A program made the translations under genes and the position numbers. A stretch of 32,000 nt of DNA from Halogeometricum borinquense DSM 11551 (GTDB taxonomy: Archaea > Halobacteriota > Halobacteria > Halobacteriales > Haloferacaceae), in the NCBI RefSeq assembly GCF_000172995.2, contig NC_014729.1, positions 930,001 to 962,000 of the forward strand. The letters are read 5' to 3'. Positions 1 through 9,490 of the stretch are shown here, piece after piece; positions within the stretch are counted from its first letter, which is position 1, and each line of letters opens with the position of its first letter. A model generated the notes under the pieces. That model was not told where the DNA came from and ran no database searches. It worked only from the letters and a program-made list of their open reading frames with translations.

Positions 1-722
1 ACCGCACGCCGGGTGAGCGTCGTCTTGGCGATATCCTCGCCCGCACCCGTCGCAGAGGCGGCCCCCGCGGGAGCCGCGTAGAACCCGGAGCCGACTTGCG
101 GCACGTCGCCGACGCGTCCGGCGAGTGCGAACCATCGCCCGCCGGTGGAGGTGGCGGCAGCGAAGTCCCGCCCGTCGAAGGCGACGGCACCGACGGTGTC
201 GTGATCCGAGAGGTCCGCATCGTTCGAGGCGGTGGCACTCGACTGACCGAATTTGTCGTCTAACCACGCCAAGTGATCCTGAGACGTTCCTTCTGGCGGG
301 GTCGCGTCGTTCCAGCGTTCGCGCGTCTCGGGCGTGAACAGGTTCACGTCCGTCTCGATACCGAAATCGGCCGCGACATCCACGGCAGGGTCGCCCGCGA
401 CGAAGATATGCGGCGTCTCTTCCATGACGACGCGGGCAACGGAGACAGCGTGTTCGACACCGTCCATGCCCGCCACCGCGCCCGTCTCGCGGTCGCTCGT
501 CATCACGCCGGCGTCCGTTCGGACCCGGCCATCGGATTGGACTGCACCGCCGACGCCAGCGTTGAACGCGGGGTCCGACTCCATGACCCGGATAGCTGCC
601 TCGACGGCGTCGATTGGCGTTTCACGGGCGGCACCCGTTTCAGCCGCTTCGTCAACTGTCTGTTGTCTCGGATCCGGTTCGTCTGGGACGCCACCTGCGC
701 CCCCGTGAACGATAACTCGCAT
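1..722 (-). CDS. Isoaspartyl peptidase / plant-type L-asparaginase (Ntn-hydrolase family), partial; 3' end lies outside the window
   Basis: Not in the ORF track because it runs off the edge. Manual reverse-strand translation from the ATG at 722..720 gives MRVIVHGGAGGVPDEP...AFNAGVGGAVQSDGRVRTDAGVM...HDTVGAVAFDG...GSGFYA with no stops down to position 1. The HDTVGAVA segment matches the autoproteolytic Thr nucleophile region of this family. Confidence 0.8.
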   Translation of the reverse strand, partial: MRVIVHGGAGGVPDEPDPRQQTVDEAAETGAARETPIDAVEAAIRVMESDPAFNAGVGGAVQSDGRVRTDAGVMTSDRETGAVAGMDGVEHAVSVARVVMEETPHIFVAGDPAVDVAADFGIETDVNLFTPETRERWNDATPPEGTSQDHLAWLDDKFGQSSATASNDADLSDHDTVGAVAFDGRDFAAATSTGGRWFALAGRVGDVPQVGSGFYAAPAGAASATGAGEDIAKTTLTRRA

Positions 723-882
723 GGCACCGGCGACGATAGGGGAGGTCAAAACAGCAACGACTCCGGTTCTCGGCGTGGCGGTCGAGTCACGATTGCCGTA
801 CAACAGGGATGAAGCGGCGACGCTCGCCGGAAGCGAGAGAACGGCAATACTTTACCGTCGGTCAGGAAACAGGGGATTGTTC

Positions 883-2145
883 ATGAGCTACGACCAGATC
901 GAAGTTCCCGAGAACGGGGAGAAGATCACGCTCGCCGACGAGGAGACGGGTGAGCTGTCGGTTCCCGACAACCCGATTATTCCGATTATTCACGGCGACG
1001 GTATCGGCACGGACGTCGGTCCGGCCGCACAGAAGGTACTTGACGCCGCCGCAGAGGCGACCGGTCGCTCCATCGAGTGGCTCCGCGTATACGCAGGCGA
1101 GTCCGCCCGCAAGAAGTACGACGAGAACCTGCCCGAGGACACGGTGCAGGCGATCAAAGACCACCGCGTTGCGATCAAAGGCCCGCTCACGACGCCTGTT
1201 GGTGCTGGTTTCCGCTCGCTCAACGTCGCGCTCCGCAAAAAGCTCGACCTCTACGCGAACGTCCGCCCGACGTACCACCTCGACGGCGTCCCGTCGCCCG
1301 TCAAGAACCCCTCGGCGATGGACATGGTCACGTTCCGTGAGAACACCGAGGACGTGTACGCCGGCATCGAGTGGGAAGCCGGTACCGACGAAGTCCAGCA
1401 GGTCAAGGAGTTCGTCGAAGAGGAGATGGGCCACGACGACGTCATCCACGACGGCCCCGTCGGCATCGGAATTAAGCCTATCACCGAGTTCGGAACGAAG
1501 CGTCTCGTCCGCGAGGCCATCGAGTACGCCATCGAGAACGACCGCGACTCCGTCACCCTCGTCCACAAGGGTAACATCATGAAGTTCACCGAGGGTGCCT
1601 TCCGTGACTGGGGCTACGAACTCGCCGCAGAGGAGTTCGGCGACGTCACCATCACCGAGGACGAACTCTGGGAAGAGTACGACGGCGAGAAGCCAGAGGA
1701 CAAGATTGTCGTCAAGGACCGCATCGCGGACAACATGCTCCAGCAGCTTCTCACCCGCACCGCCGACTACGACGTCATCGCCACGATGAACCTGAACGGC
1801 GACTACATGTCTGACGCCGCAGGTGCTCAGATCGGTGGTCTCGGCATCGCACCCGGTGCGAACTTCGGTGAAGGTCTCTGTCTCGCAGAACCGGTCCACG
1901 GCTCTGCACCCAAATACGCCGGCGAAGACAAGGTCAACCCGACCGCGATGATTCTCTCCGGCCGTCTCATGTTCGAGTACATGGGCTGGAAAGACGCTGG
2001 CAAACTCATCCGCGACGCAGTCGAGAAAACCATCTCCGAGGGCGACGTGACGTACGACCTCGAACGGCAGATCGAAGGCGGCAACAAACTCGCCACGAGC
2101 GAGTTCGCCGAGAAGATCGTCGAGAACATCAACGAACTCGCGTAA
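883..2145 (+). CDS. icd: NADP-dependent isocitrate dehydrogenase
   Basis: 420 aa starting at MSYDQIEVPENGEKITL, very similar to haloarchaeal ICDH as I recall it. The ORF-track start at 721 is an upstream extension. A TATA-like aatacttta lies about 30 nt upstream of the ATG at 883. Confidence 0.95.
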   Translation: MSYDQIEVPENGEKITLADEETGELSVPDNPIIPIIHGDGIGTDVGPAAQKVLDAAAEATGRSIEWLRVYAGESARKKYDENLPEDTVQAIKDHRVAIKGPLTTPVGAGFRSLNVALRKKLDLYANVRPTYHLDGVPSPVKNPSAMDMVTFRENTEDVYAGIEWEAGTDEVQQVKEFVEEEMGHDDVIHDGPVGIGIKPITEFGTKRLVREAIEYAIENDRDSVTLVHKGNIMKFTEGAFRDWGYELAAEEFGDVTITEDELWEEYDGEKPEDKIVVKDRIADNMLQQLLTRTADYDVIATMNLNGDYMSDAAGAQIGGLGIAPGANFGEGLCLAEPVHGSAPKYAGEDKVNPTAMILSGRLMFEYMGWKDAGKLIRDAVEKTISEGDVTYDLERQIEGGNKLATSEFAEKIVENINELA

Positions 2146-2204
2146 CCGAGTTTTCGACCGCCGAACTCCCCACATATTTTGTTCGTCGCTGACGGCCTCC
2201 CCGT

Positions 2205-2618
2205 ATGTCTCCTAGCGACGGCCCCGCGGGAATGCTCCACCACGTCGAACTGTACGCGGCGGATCTCGATTCGGCAATCGAGTTCTACGAATGGTTTCTC
2301 GGTGAACTCGGCTACGAACGGTACCAGCGATGGGAGTCGGGCCAGTCGTGGAAGTTGGGACCGACGTATCTGGTCGTGGTCGAAGCGCCCGACGAGTACC
2401 GCGACAACGATTTCCACCGCCGGACGCCGGGGCTGAACCACCTCGCCTTCCACGCTGAATCGCGGGCACACGTAGACGAACTCACCAGACAGCTCCGCGA
2501 ACGCGGTGTGACGATACTCTACGAGGATGCCCACCCGTACGCGGGCGGCGACGACCACTACGCCGTCTACTTCGAGGGTCCGGAACGACTGAAACTGGAA
2601 GTCGTTGCGCCATCGTAA
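2205..2618 (+). CDS. VOC / glyoxalase-bleomycin resistance-dioxygenase family protein
   Basis: MLHHVELYAADLDSAIEFYEWFLGELGY...GLNHLAFH is the typical VOC beta-alpha-beta-beta-beta start. The true start may be the ATG at 2232 (MLHHVEL). Confidence 0.8.
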   Translation: MSPSDGPAGMLHHVELYAADLDSAIEFYEWFLGELGYERYQRWESGQSWKLGPTYLVVVEAPDEYRDNDFHRRTPGLNHLAFHAESRAHVDELTRQLRERGVTILYEDAHPYAGGDDHYAVYFEGPERLKLEVVAPS

Positions 2619-2707
2619 CTACTCGGCCCGGTCGGCTATCGCCCGCGGCGAACTGAAGGATCAACGCCCTCAACCGTCTCTTTGCCTCGATTAAGTCCAT
2701 GGTACAA

Positions 2708-2715
2708 TTTATATA
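2708..2715 (+). promoter_or_regulatory. Consensus-like archaeal TATA box (tttatata)
   Basis: tttatata in an AT-rich patch, 77 nt upstream of the ATG at 2792. This implies a leader of about 50 nt, or a separate short transcript. Confidence 0.4.
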
Positions 2716-2791
2716 GATGCTAGTTGGCATGATCTGGCGTGAGCGCACGACCGGTGCCAAGGTTCAAATCCGACGACGCGGAAGCGAGCGT

Positions 2792-3322
2792 ATGTACGCG
2801 GTGGTCGGCTGTTCAGAGTGCGGCAGTATGTGGCTGCTCACGGACCCGAGGCAGTCGAAGACGGCAAACTGTCCGCGCTGTGGACGGACGCATCAAACGA
2901 AGAAGCTACGGAAATTCCTCGAAACTGAGGATCGAGAGGCGGCTAGGCAGGCGCGTGCGGCCCTCCTCGCCAAGAAACACGGCGACAGCGAGGCGTTCGC
3001 CAAAACGGCGCACATTTCGGAGATGGAATCGCTGGTCGAGGAATCCGGCATCGACGACGCGGAGTATCTCGAAGCATCCGGTCTCGACGCCGACGAGGTC
3101 GCGTCAGCGGGTGAACAGGCGATGCAGGGTCAAACGTCGTCTTCGAACCGGCTCGACGTGGTTCGGGAGGCCCTCCGCAAAGAGGACCGACCGACAGAAG
3201 AGGAGGTGGTCGCTTACGCCGAGGAACACGGCGTCCCCGGCGAGGCGGCACGCAACGTCCTCGAAAAACTGACTCGGCGCGGCGAGGTGTCCGAGTCGCG
3301 CGGGCGGTACCGGTTGCTCTGA
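2792..3322 (+). CDS. Conserved haloarchaeal zinc-ribbon protein with an acidic middle and a C-terminal winged-helix-like end
   Basis: MYAVVGCSECGSMWLLTDPRQSKTANCPRCGRTH carries a C-x2-C...C-x2-C ribbon. The C-terminal EEVVAYAEEHGVPGEAARNVLEKLTRRGEVSE looks wHTH-like. Start chosen at the Met just before the ribbon. The family name could not be verified here. Confidence 0.7.
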   Translation: MYAVVGCSECGSMWLLTDPRQSKTANCPRCGRTHQTKKLRKFLETEDREAARQARAALLAKKHGDSEAFAKTAHISEMESLVEESGIDDAEYLEASGLDADEVASAGEQAMQGQTSSSNRLDVVREALRKEDRPTEEEVVAYAEEHGVPGEAARNVLEKLTRRGEVSESRGRYRLL

Positions 3323-3366
3323 GACGACGCTGAGAAGAGGCGAGTTGAGATGTACACTCGGGTCGC

Positions 3367-3570
3367 TTAAAGCAGACCGAGCAGTTTCAGCGCGGTCAAA
3401 AGCGAGACGAGGACGCCCAAGACGAGTTTCACGAGTCGGAGGAGCCGCGTCGCCGTCCGGATGTCCGAAGAGTCGTCATCCTCGCTCTCGGCATCGCGCG
3501 CGTTAGCCGTCGCGTCCGACGGGCCGGAACCAGCGGGAACCATCGCTGGTGCGTTCGTTCGGGGGGACAT
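3367..3570 (-). CDS. Small (67 aa) tail-anchored membrane protein, hypothetical
   Basis: MSPRTNAPAMVPAGSGPSD...acidic stretch...RLLRLVKLVLGVLVSLLTALKLLGLL has one C-terminal TM helix. The upstream part of the 128-aa ORF looks non-coding. Confidence 0.4.
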   Translation of the reverse strand: MSPRTNAPAMVPAGSGPSDATANARDAESEDDDSSDIRTATRLLRLVKLVLGVLVSLLTALKLLGLL

Positions 3571-3766
3571 GACACGGAACGTCCGCGGCGGGGCGGGGAA
3601 CCCGCCGCGAACGTGTTCGTAGTGACGGACGAAAGACGGGTAAAAGCGAGCCATGGGTGCGCGGTGAAAGTGACCGGTTCGGCGGAAGTGAAATCGTGTC
3701 GGTGATGTCACCGTCGGACAGACCAGAAACGAAACGCTTTGTCGGCTACTCAACCGACGAGGAGGT

Positions 3767-4132
3767 ATGACTGACTCGTTGCCCGCGCCCGTCGGCGTTA
3801 TGGTGCGCGCGCTCGTCGCGGCCTGTTTCGTCGGCGGCGGTGTCGTTGCTCTCCTCGACCAGCGGTTCGTCCTCGCCGGTCTCGCTTACCTCGTGGGCTA
3901 TACGATCCTCGCCGCGGCGGCGATCATACAGGGACAACGCCGTCGCGGGGCCGGACTGTCGCTCTCCGGCCTCGGGTGGGTGTCACTCGCACTCGGCGTC
4001 GCCGCCGGATACGCGACGGAGACCGGTCTCGCGCTCGTCGTCGGAGGTGTCGTACTCCTCGTCGTCGGAACGGTGATCGTCGTCTGGCCGTTCGGCAGCG
4101 AGATGACCGGAACAGACGAGACAACGGGCTGA
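3767..4132 (+). CDS. Hypothetical integral membrane protein (about 4 TM)
   Basis: Ala/Val/Gly/Leu-rich hydrophobic segments, an acidic C-terminal tail, and gaggaggt just upstream of the ATG. Confidence 0.6.
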   Translation: MTDSLPAPVGVMVRALVAACFVGGGVVALLDQRFVLAGLAYLVGYTILAAAAIIQGQRRRGAGLSLSGLGWVSLALGVAAGYATETGLALVVGGVVLLVVGTVIVVWPFGSEMTGTDETTG

Positions 4133-4161
4133 GGATCGAATCGAAGGCGCTGCCGTCTAAT

Positions 4162-4404
4162 TCACTTTTCACCAGTCTCCTCGTCGCCAGCCACCTCGTC
4201 ACTACGCGTCGTATCGATACCGAACAGTCGATTACCGCCACAGAACCCTGTGGCGGCGTTCTGGAGTAACCCGAGACCCGCGAGTCCGGTGATGGCCGCC
4301 GTCGTTCGCCGTCCCACGCGGAGGGCCGAGACGGCGACAGCGACTAACCAGACACCGAGGACGCCTCGCAGGATTCGGTCGGATTCACCAACGTTCTGTC
4401 GCAT
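4162..4404 (-). CDS. YgaP-like / DUF2892-type small membrane protein
   Basis: MRQNVGESDRILRGVLGVWLVAVAV...GLGLLQNAATGFC matches the N-V-G-x2-D-R-x2-R-x3-G start and two-TM layout of DUF2892. Start taken at the second Met. Confidence 0.65.
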   Translation of the reverse strand: MRQNVGESDRILRGVLGVWLVAVAVSALRVGRRTTAAITGLAGLGLLQNAATGFCGGNRLFGIDTTRSDEVAGDEETGEK

Positions 4405-4552
4405 ATGAAGATGACTGGACTCCATGGCGAAGTCGATTCAGCCGAATACGTACGAGGGGTTTATCTGTCCCGCACGGAGCGTCAAGCGCGGCCGCCGTCT
4501 CGCAGCGACGTTCCCCGACGACGTTTTGTGTTCGCGTGTTGGGGTGGTCCGT

Positions 4553-5209
4553 ATGAAGCGAGTCCGAATCACGCTTTCCCCACCCAACGCGTATCTCCCT
4601 CCCGTCTACCGTCTTCTCACACAGCAGGCGACGTATCTCTCGGAGGTGTACATCGTCAACTGGAACGTTACGGAACCGCCCGTCGGTTTCTTGCTTCTTG
4701 TCCGCGGAGCGTACGAGCGACTCGGCGACGAACTCGAAACCGCCGAGAACGTGCGCGACTTCGAGTTGTTCCCGAACGGCGACGAGGAGGCGTACTGCTT
4801 TCTCGCCGCCGACGGTATCACCGCGGGGCGCGCGCTGTTCGAGAACTTCACGCGAGAGGATATCCTCACCGTACCGCCTATCGAGTGTCACGACGACGGG
4901 AGCAGTACGTTCACGCTGGTCGGGACTGACGCCGCGATACAGGCCGCAGTCGAGGGCGTCCCTGAGGGCGTGACGGTGACTATCGATGCAGTCGGGACAG
5001 GGCGAGTCGCTGCGGACGACCCCGGAAGGTCACTCTCGCCGCGGCAACGAGAAACGGTGCAGGCCGCACTCCGGGTCGGGTACTACGACGTGCCCCGCGA
5101 AGCGACGACGGCAGCTGTCGCAGACGAAGTCGGATGCGCGACTGCGACCGCGTCCGAACATCTCCGGCGGGCGGAGCGGCGCGTTCTTTCGTCGCTGTTC
5201 GGCGAGTAA
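4553..5209 (+). CDS. Helix-turn-helix transcription regulator, HTH_10 / bacterio-opsin-activator-like family
   Basis: The C-terminal LSPRQRETVQAALRVGYYDVPREATTAAVADEVGCATATASEHLRRAERRVLSSLF is the characteristic HTH_10 domain. At 218 aa it has the typical size. Start at MKRVRITL. Confidence 0.8.
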   Translation: MKRVRITLSPPNAYLPPVYRLLTQQATYLSEVYIVNWNVTEPPVGFLLLVRGAYERLGDELETAENVRDFELFPNGDEEAYCFLAADGITAGRALFENFTREDILTVPPIECHDDGSSTFTLVGTDAAIQAAVEGVPEGVTVTIDAVGTGRVAADDPGRSLSPRQRETVQAALRVGYYDVPREATTAAVADEVGCATATASEHLRRAERRVLSSLFGE

Positions 5210-5259
5210 GCGGTGTGCGGGGACACAGCGTACGAGGCACCGCAAGCGCGAACGCCGCG

Positions 5260-6486
5260 CTACCGTCCGAGTTCAGCGTGCGCGCTGGAGAGGTGCCGCG
5301 ACGCCAGCGCGGAGAGCAAGGAGAGTTCGCCCGCCAAAGAGCCGACAGCGATAGCTTCCGCGAGAGCGTCGGCGTTCGATCCCGCGGGGTCGCCGCCGCC
5401 GCGGACGCCCAGTACGTCGAGTCCTTCGGCCTGCGTCGGGAGTTTCGTCCCGCCACCGACGGTACCGACTTCGAGGCTGGCGATGGAGATGGAGACGTAG
5501 AGGTCACCGTCCTGCACCTCGGCAGTGGTGATGGCGTTTGCGCCCTCCACGACTTGCGCCTCGTCCTGCCCGGTGGCGAGGAACATCGCGGCGACGACGT
5601 TTGCGACGTGGGCGTTGAAGCCGAGACTGGCCGCCTTTGCGGAGCCGACGAGGTTCTTTCGGGTGTTGAGTTCGGCCACCGCTTCGGGGGTCGTGTGCAG
5701 GCGGTCTTCGACCACTTCGCGTGGGATGGTCACGTCGGTGGTGACCGAGCGCCCGCGTCCCTCGACAGCGTTGATCGCCGCGGGTTTCTTGTCGGTGCAG
5801 AGGTTGCCCGAGAGGGCCACGAGGGAGGCGTCCGTCTCGTCCTCAACGAGTTCACAGGCTGCCCGTGTGGCGATGGTGACCATGTTCATCCCCATCGCGT
5901 CCTTCGTGTCGTAGCGGAAGCGCAGGTGGACAGAGTTGCCGACGACGTACGGCGTCACGTCCAGCAGTTCGCCGTGGTTGGTCGTCTCCTCTGCCGCCTC
6001 GCGGAGCGCGTCACGGTTGTCGCGGACCCACTCGACCAGCGCCTCGGCCTCCACCACGTCTGCGACGCGGAACACCGGCGCGCGGGTCATCCCCGATTTG
6101 AGGATGCGCACGTTCGCGCCACCAGCGTCGTTCAGAACGGAACAGCCGCGGTTGACGCTGGCCAGCAGTGCGCCCTCCGTCGTGGCAAGGGGGAGGTAGC
6201 GTTCGCCGTCGAGTCGGCCGCCACGGATGCGGACGGGTCCGGCGACGCCCATCGGCACCTGTACGGCTCCGACCATGTTTTCGATGTTCGGGTCGGCACG
6301 TTCGGCGGGGAAGCCGTAGTCGCCGACGACATCCAGCGAGGCGTCCGACTGTTCCTCAACGAGGAGACGACGGGCGGCCGTCGCCGTGTCTGCGTCCGTG
6401 TGGTCTTCGAGTTCGTGAAATCGCAATTCGCCCGCTCGGACGCGTTCGGCAAGGTCCTCGGCCGCTGAAGGAGTAGAATCGGTCAT
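5260..6486 (-). CDS. hmgA: 3-hydroxy-3-methylglutaryl-CoA reductase (class I, archaeal)
   Basis: MTDSTPSAAEDLAERVRAGELRFHELE...ENMVGAVQVPMGVAGPV...DAMGMNM...GTVGGGT... closely resembles Haloferax HmgA as I recall it. Start at the second Met (6486). Confidence 0.95.
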   Translation of the reverse strand: MTDSTPSAAEDLAERVRAGELRFHELEDHTDADTATAARRLLVEEQSDASLDVVGDYGFPAERADPNIENMVGAVQVPMGVAGPVRIRGGRLDGERYLPLATTEGALLASVNRGCSVLNDAGGANVRILKSGMTRAPVFRVADVVEAEALVEWVRDNRDALREAAEETTNHGELLDVTPYVVGNSVHLRFRYDTKDAMGMNMVTIATRAACELVEDETDASLVALSGNLCTDKKPAAINAVEGRGRSVTTDVTIPREVVEDRLHTTPEAVAELNTRKNLVGSAKAASLGFNAHVANVVAAMFLATGQDEAQVVEGANAITTAEVQDGDLYVSISIASLEVGTVGGGTKLPTQAEGLDVLGVRGGGDPAGSNADALAEAIAVGSLAGELSLLSALASRHLSSAHAELGR

Positions 6487-6592
6487 GCCCCCGAGTATTT
6501 TGCGCACTCCCTAACCGTTATCGGTCGCTCTTCGCGTTCCCATCGTAACCGCCACCCCAACGGTTTTGCTCGTCCCCGTCACGTCGTGAGAC

Positions 6593-8164
6593 ATGACCGA
6601 CGCCGCGGACCTCGTCCTCCTCGACGGCGAGATTCACACGCTTACGGACCCGGACGAGACGTACGAGGCGATGGCCGTTCGAGACGGCCGAATCGTTCGC
6701 CTCGGCGAGAGTTACGACGTGCAGTTTCTCGTCGGCACCGACACGGAGACGATAGACCTCGCTGGCGACGTGGTCCTTCCCGGCTTTATCGACGCCCACA
6801 CCCACCTCGACATGGTCGGCCGATCACTCGTCCACGCTGACCTCTCGGGGGCCTCCGGTCCGGACGACTGTGTGGACCGTCTCCGCGCCCGGGGCGACGA
6901 ATTGGCGTCCATCTCCGACGCCGGAAACGGCAACGAGGACGACACCGACGAGTGGATTCTGGGCTACGGGTACGATGAAAGCACGTGGGACGACTCCCGG
7001 TACCTCACGCGCGAGGATTTAGATGCTGTCTCGACGGACCAACCGGTTGCCGCCTTCCGCGAGGACATGCACGTCGCCTCGCTGAACTCCGTCGCACTTG
7101 CCAAGCACCGCGACGCGATGCCGGACGCCGACGTACGCGCTGAAGGAGGGAATCCAACCGGCGTTATCGTCGAGGAGGCAGTTGACGTGGTGTACGAGGA
7201 GATACAACCTGACGAGGAGCAGACAGAGAAACTGCTCCGCGCTGCGCAGGCGGCAGCCAACGAACGGGGCGTCACCGGCGTCCACGACATGACGCGCACC
7301 TCCCACAAACCGAGCGTCTACCGCGAGTTAGACAAGGCAGACGACCTGACGCTTCGCGTCCGCATCAATTACTGGGCGGACCACCTCGACAGCGTTATCG
7401 ACGCCGGACTGCGGACGAATCACGGGAGCGAGATGGTCCGCGTCGGCGCGATAAAGACGTTCACCGACGGGTCGTTCGGCGGGCGGACGGCGAAACTCTC
7501 GGAACCGTACAGCGACGACGAGACGGAAACGGGGACATGGGTGGTAGATCCCGAGGAGTTGGCCGAAATCGTTTCTCGGGCGGACGCGCACGACCTGCAA
7601 CTGTCGGCGCACGCTATCGGTGACGAAGCGGTCCACGCCGTCCTTGATGCCTATGAGGACTGCGAGAATCCGGAAAAAAGCCGTCACCGCGTCGAACACG
7701 CGGAACTCGCGGACGACGATGCAATCCGACGGTTTGCGGAGTCGGGAATCGTCGCCTCTGTCCAACCCAACTTCCTCAAATGGGCCGAAGCGGGGGGCCT
7801 GTACGACGCGCGCCTCGGCGAGAGACGAACGAAGACGAACCGCTACGCCGCCTTCACCGAGGCGGACGTCCCACTCGCGTTCGGAAGCGACTGCATGCCG
7901 TTGGACCCGCTTCTCGGCGTTCACTGGGCGGTTAACGCACCTGCCGAGGAACAACGACTGGGCGTCACCGAGGCGCTCCGCGCGTACACGACCGGCGCAG
8001 CGTACGCTGGATTCGACGAGGATCGACTCGGTACCATCGAGACGGGCAAGAAAGCGGACCTGACGATTCTGGCTGCGTCCCCGTGGGAATCCGACTCGAT
8101 ACGCGATATCGACGTTTCAGCGACTATCGTTGGCGGACAAGTCGTCTATGACCGCGACGTGTAG
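6593..8164 (+). CDS. Metal-dependent amidohydrolase (amidohydrolase-3 / YtcJ-like)
   Basis: The N-terminal LPGFIDAHTHLD metal-binding HxH motif, then ...SAHAIGD...VEHAE..., in a 523-aa protein typical of this family. Confidence 0.85.
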   Translation: MTDAADLVLLDGEIHTLTDPDETYEAMAVRDGRIVRLGESYDVQFLVGTDTETIDLAGDVVLPGFIDAHTHLDMVGRSLVHADLSGASGPDDCVDRLRARGDELASISDAGNGNEDDTDEWILGYGYDESTWDDSRYLTREDLDAVSTDQPVAAFREDMHVASLNSVALAKHRDAMPDADVRAEGGNPTGVIVEEAVDVVYEEIQPDEEQTEKLLRAAQAAANERGVTGVHDMTRTSHKPSVYRELDKADDLTLRVRINYWADHLDSVIDAGLRTNHGSEMVRVGAIKTFTDGSFGGRTAKLSEPYSDDETETGTWVVDPEELAEIVSRADAHDLQLSAHAIGDEAVHAVLDAYEDCENPEKSRHRVEHAELADDDAIRRFAESGIVASVQPNFLKWAEAGGLYDARLGERRTKTNRYAAFTEADVPLAFGSDCMPLDPLLGVHWAVNAPAEEQRLGVTEALRAYTTGAAYAGFDEDRLGTIETGKKADLTILAASPWESDSIRDIDVSATIVGGQVVYDRDV

Positions 8165-8299
8165 ACCCCGAGCGACACACTGAACAAAAATTTTCTTCAA
8201 CAGCACCTATCGGTGAGTAGTTACTCTCTCCCGAAATAACGAGGAGGTGCCGTTCTGGTGCGAGTGATTACCGCATAGTACGAAGCGGCAATCGATAGT

Positions 8300-8322
8300 C
8301 TGAAGAAAAATATTTTTCATCG
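8300..8322 (+). promoter_or_regulatory. Putative nadA promoter / operator box (contains the 14-bp perfect palindrome gaaaaatatttttc)
   Basis: AT-rich box about 45-60 nt upstream of the nadA ATG. It is related to a second box at 8180-8202 (see findings). Confidence 0.35.
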
Positions 8323-8362
8323 GTCGGGTTTGAGGAGACAGTAACCCTGAGACGGGAAACCT

Positions 8363-9490
8363 ATGGCACGATTAGAAACAGCGGGATTCGAGTCGGACCT
8401 GAGTCTCTTCAAGTACGACAACCTCGAACGGCTTCCGGAGGCGTACCGGGACCTGACCGAGGCGGACAGAACGACGAGAATCGAGGCGGCGCGCGAGGAA
8501 CTCGGCGACGACGTCATCGTCCTCGGGCACAACTACCAACGCCGCGAAATCGTCGAACACGCCGACTTCATCGGTGACTCTTACGAACTGTCTAAGCGCG
8601 CGGCGGAGTCTGACGCGGAGTACGTCGTCTTCGCCGGTGTGACGTTCATGGCGGAAAGCGCGGACATCATCACCGACGACGACCAGACAGTGCTTCTCCC
8701 CTCGATGGAGGCGTCCTGTCCGATGGCCGGGATGGCAGAGGCCCTGCAGGTTGACGCCGCGTGGGAGCAGATAGACGCCGCCACGGGCGACAGAGACGTG
8801 ATTCCGATCACGTACATGAACTCTTACGCCGACTTGAAGGCGTTCTGTGCCGAACAGGGCGGCCTCGTCTGCACCTCCTCGAACGCCGCCGACGCGTTCG
8901 AGTGGGCGTTCGAACGCGGCGACGTGGTGCTTTTCCTCCCTGATAAGCACCTCGGCCGCAACACCGCCGCCGAACTCGGAATGGACTCTGTGGCCGAGTG
9001 GGACCCGTGGAACCCCGAGGCACCCGATGCGACGGACGTGGCCGACGCCGACGTAGTTCTGTGGGACGGCTACTGTCAGGTTCACGAACGCTTCCGCGCC
9101 GAACACATCGAAGAGGTCCGCGAGGAACACGACGCGAACGTTATCGTCCACCCCGAGTGTCGGAGAGAAGTCGTCGTCGCCGCCGACGAGGCCGGTTCGA
9201 CGAGCCAAATCTGCGACACCATCGCGAACGCTGACCCCGGTGAGACGTGGGCTATCGGCACCGAGATCCACCTCGTAAACCATCTCCAGCGGTGGCATCC
9301 CGAGGTGAACGTCGTTCCTCTCTGCGGCGACGCCTGTATGGACTGCAACGCGATGCGACAGATCGATCCGAACTACCTCACGTGGTTGCTCGAATCGCTC
9401 GCTGAGGACGAGGTACACAACGTGGTCGAAGTCGCAGAACGCGAGAAAGAACTGGCCGCAGTGGCCCTCGAACGGATGCTCGAACTATGA
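8363..9490 (+). CDS. nadA: Quinolinate synthase
   Basis: 375 aa with the typical NadA pattern (VLGHNYQ...FIGDS...TFMAES...CPMA...YMNS...HPEC...). First gene of a nadABC operon. Confidence 0.93.
   Translation: MARLETAGFESDLSLFKYDNLERLPEAYRDLTEADRTTRIEAAREELGDDVIVLGHNYQRREIVEHADFIGDSYELSKRAAESDAEYVVFAGVTFMAESADIITDDDQTVLLPSMEASCPMAGMAEALQVDAAWEQIDAATGDRDVIPITYMNSYADLKAFCAEQGGLVCTSSNAADAFEWAFERGDVVLFLPDKHLGRNTAAELGMDSVAEWDPWNPEAPDATDVADADVVLWDGYCQVHERFRAEHIEEVREEHDANVIVHPECRREVVVAADEAGSTSQICDTIANADPGETWAIGTEIHLVNHLQRWHPEVNVVPLCGDACMDCNAMRQIDPNYLTWLLESLAEDEVHNVVEVAEREKELAAVALERMLEL

Noticed and set aside
721-882. N-terminal extensions offered by the ORF track, for example icd from 721, hmgA to 6507, pyrF from 11888, the HAD gene to 17544 and the SPOUT gene from 25106.
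   Set aside because: The extensions are Arg/Pro-rich and unlike the acidic mature proteins. Internal Met codons coincide with the conserved N-termini of the respective families and with upstream TATA-like elements.
2740-2791. A tRNA-like T-arm string (ggttcaaatcc), downstream of a strong TATA box, suggesting a tRNA gene or tRNA remnant.
   Set aside because: Only the GG/CC of the T-stem can pair. No acceptor, D or anticodon arms can be drawn. It is most likely a chance match within the 5' leader of the zinc-ribbon gene.
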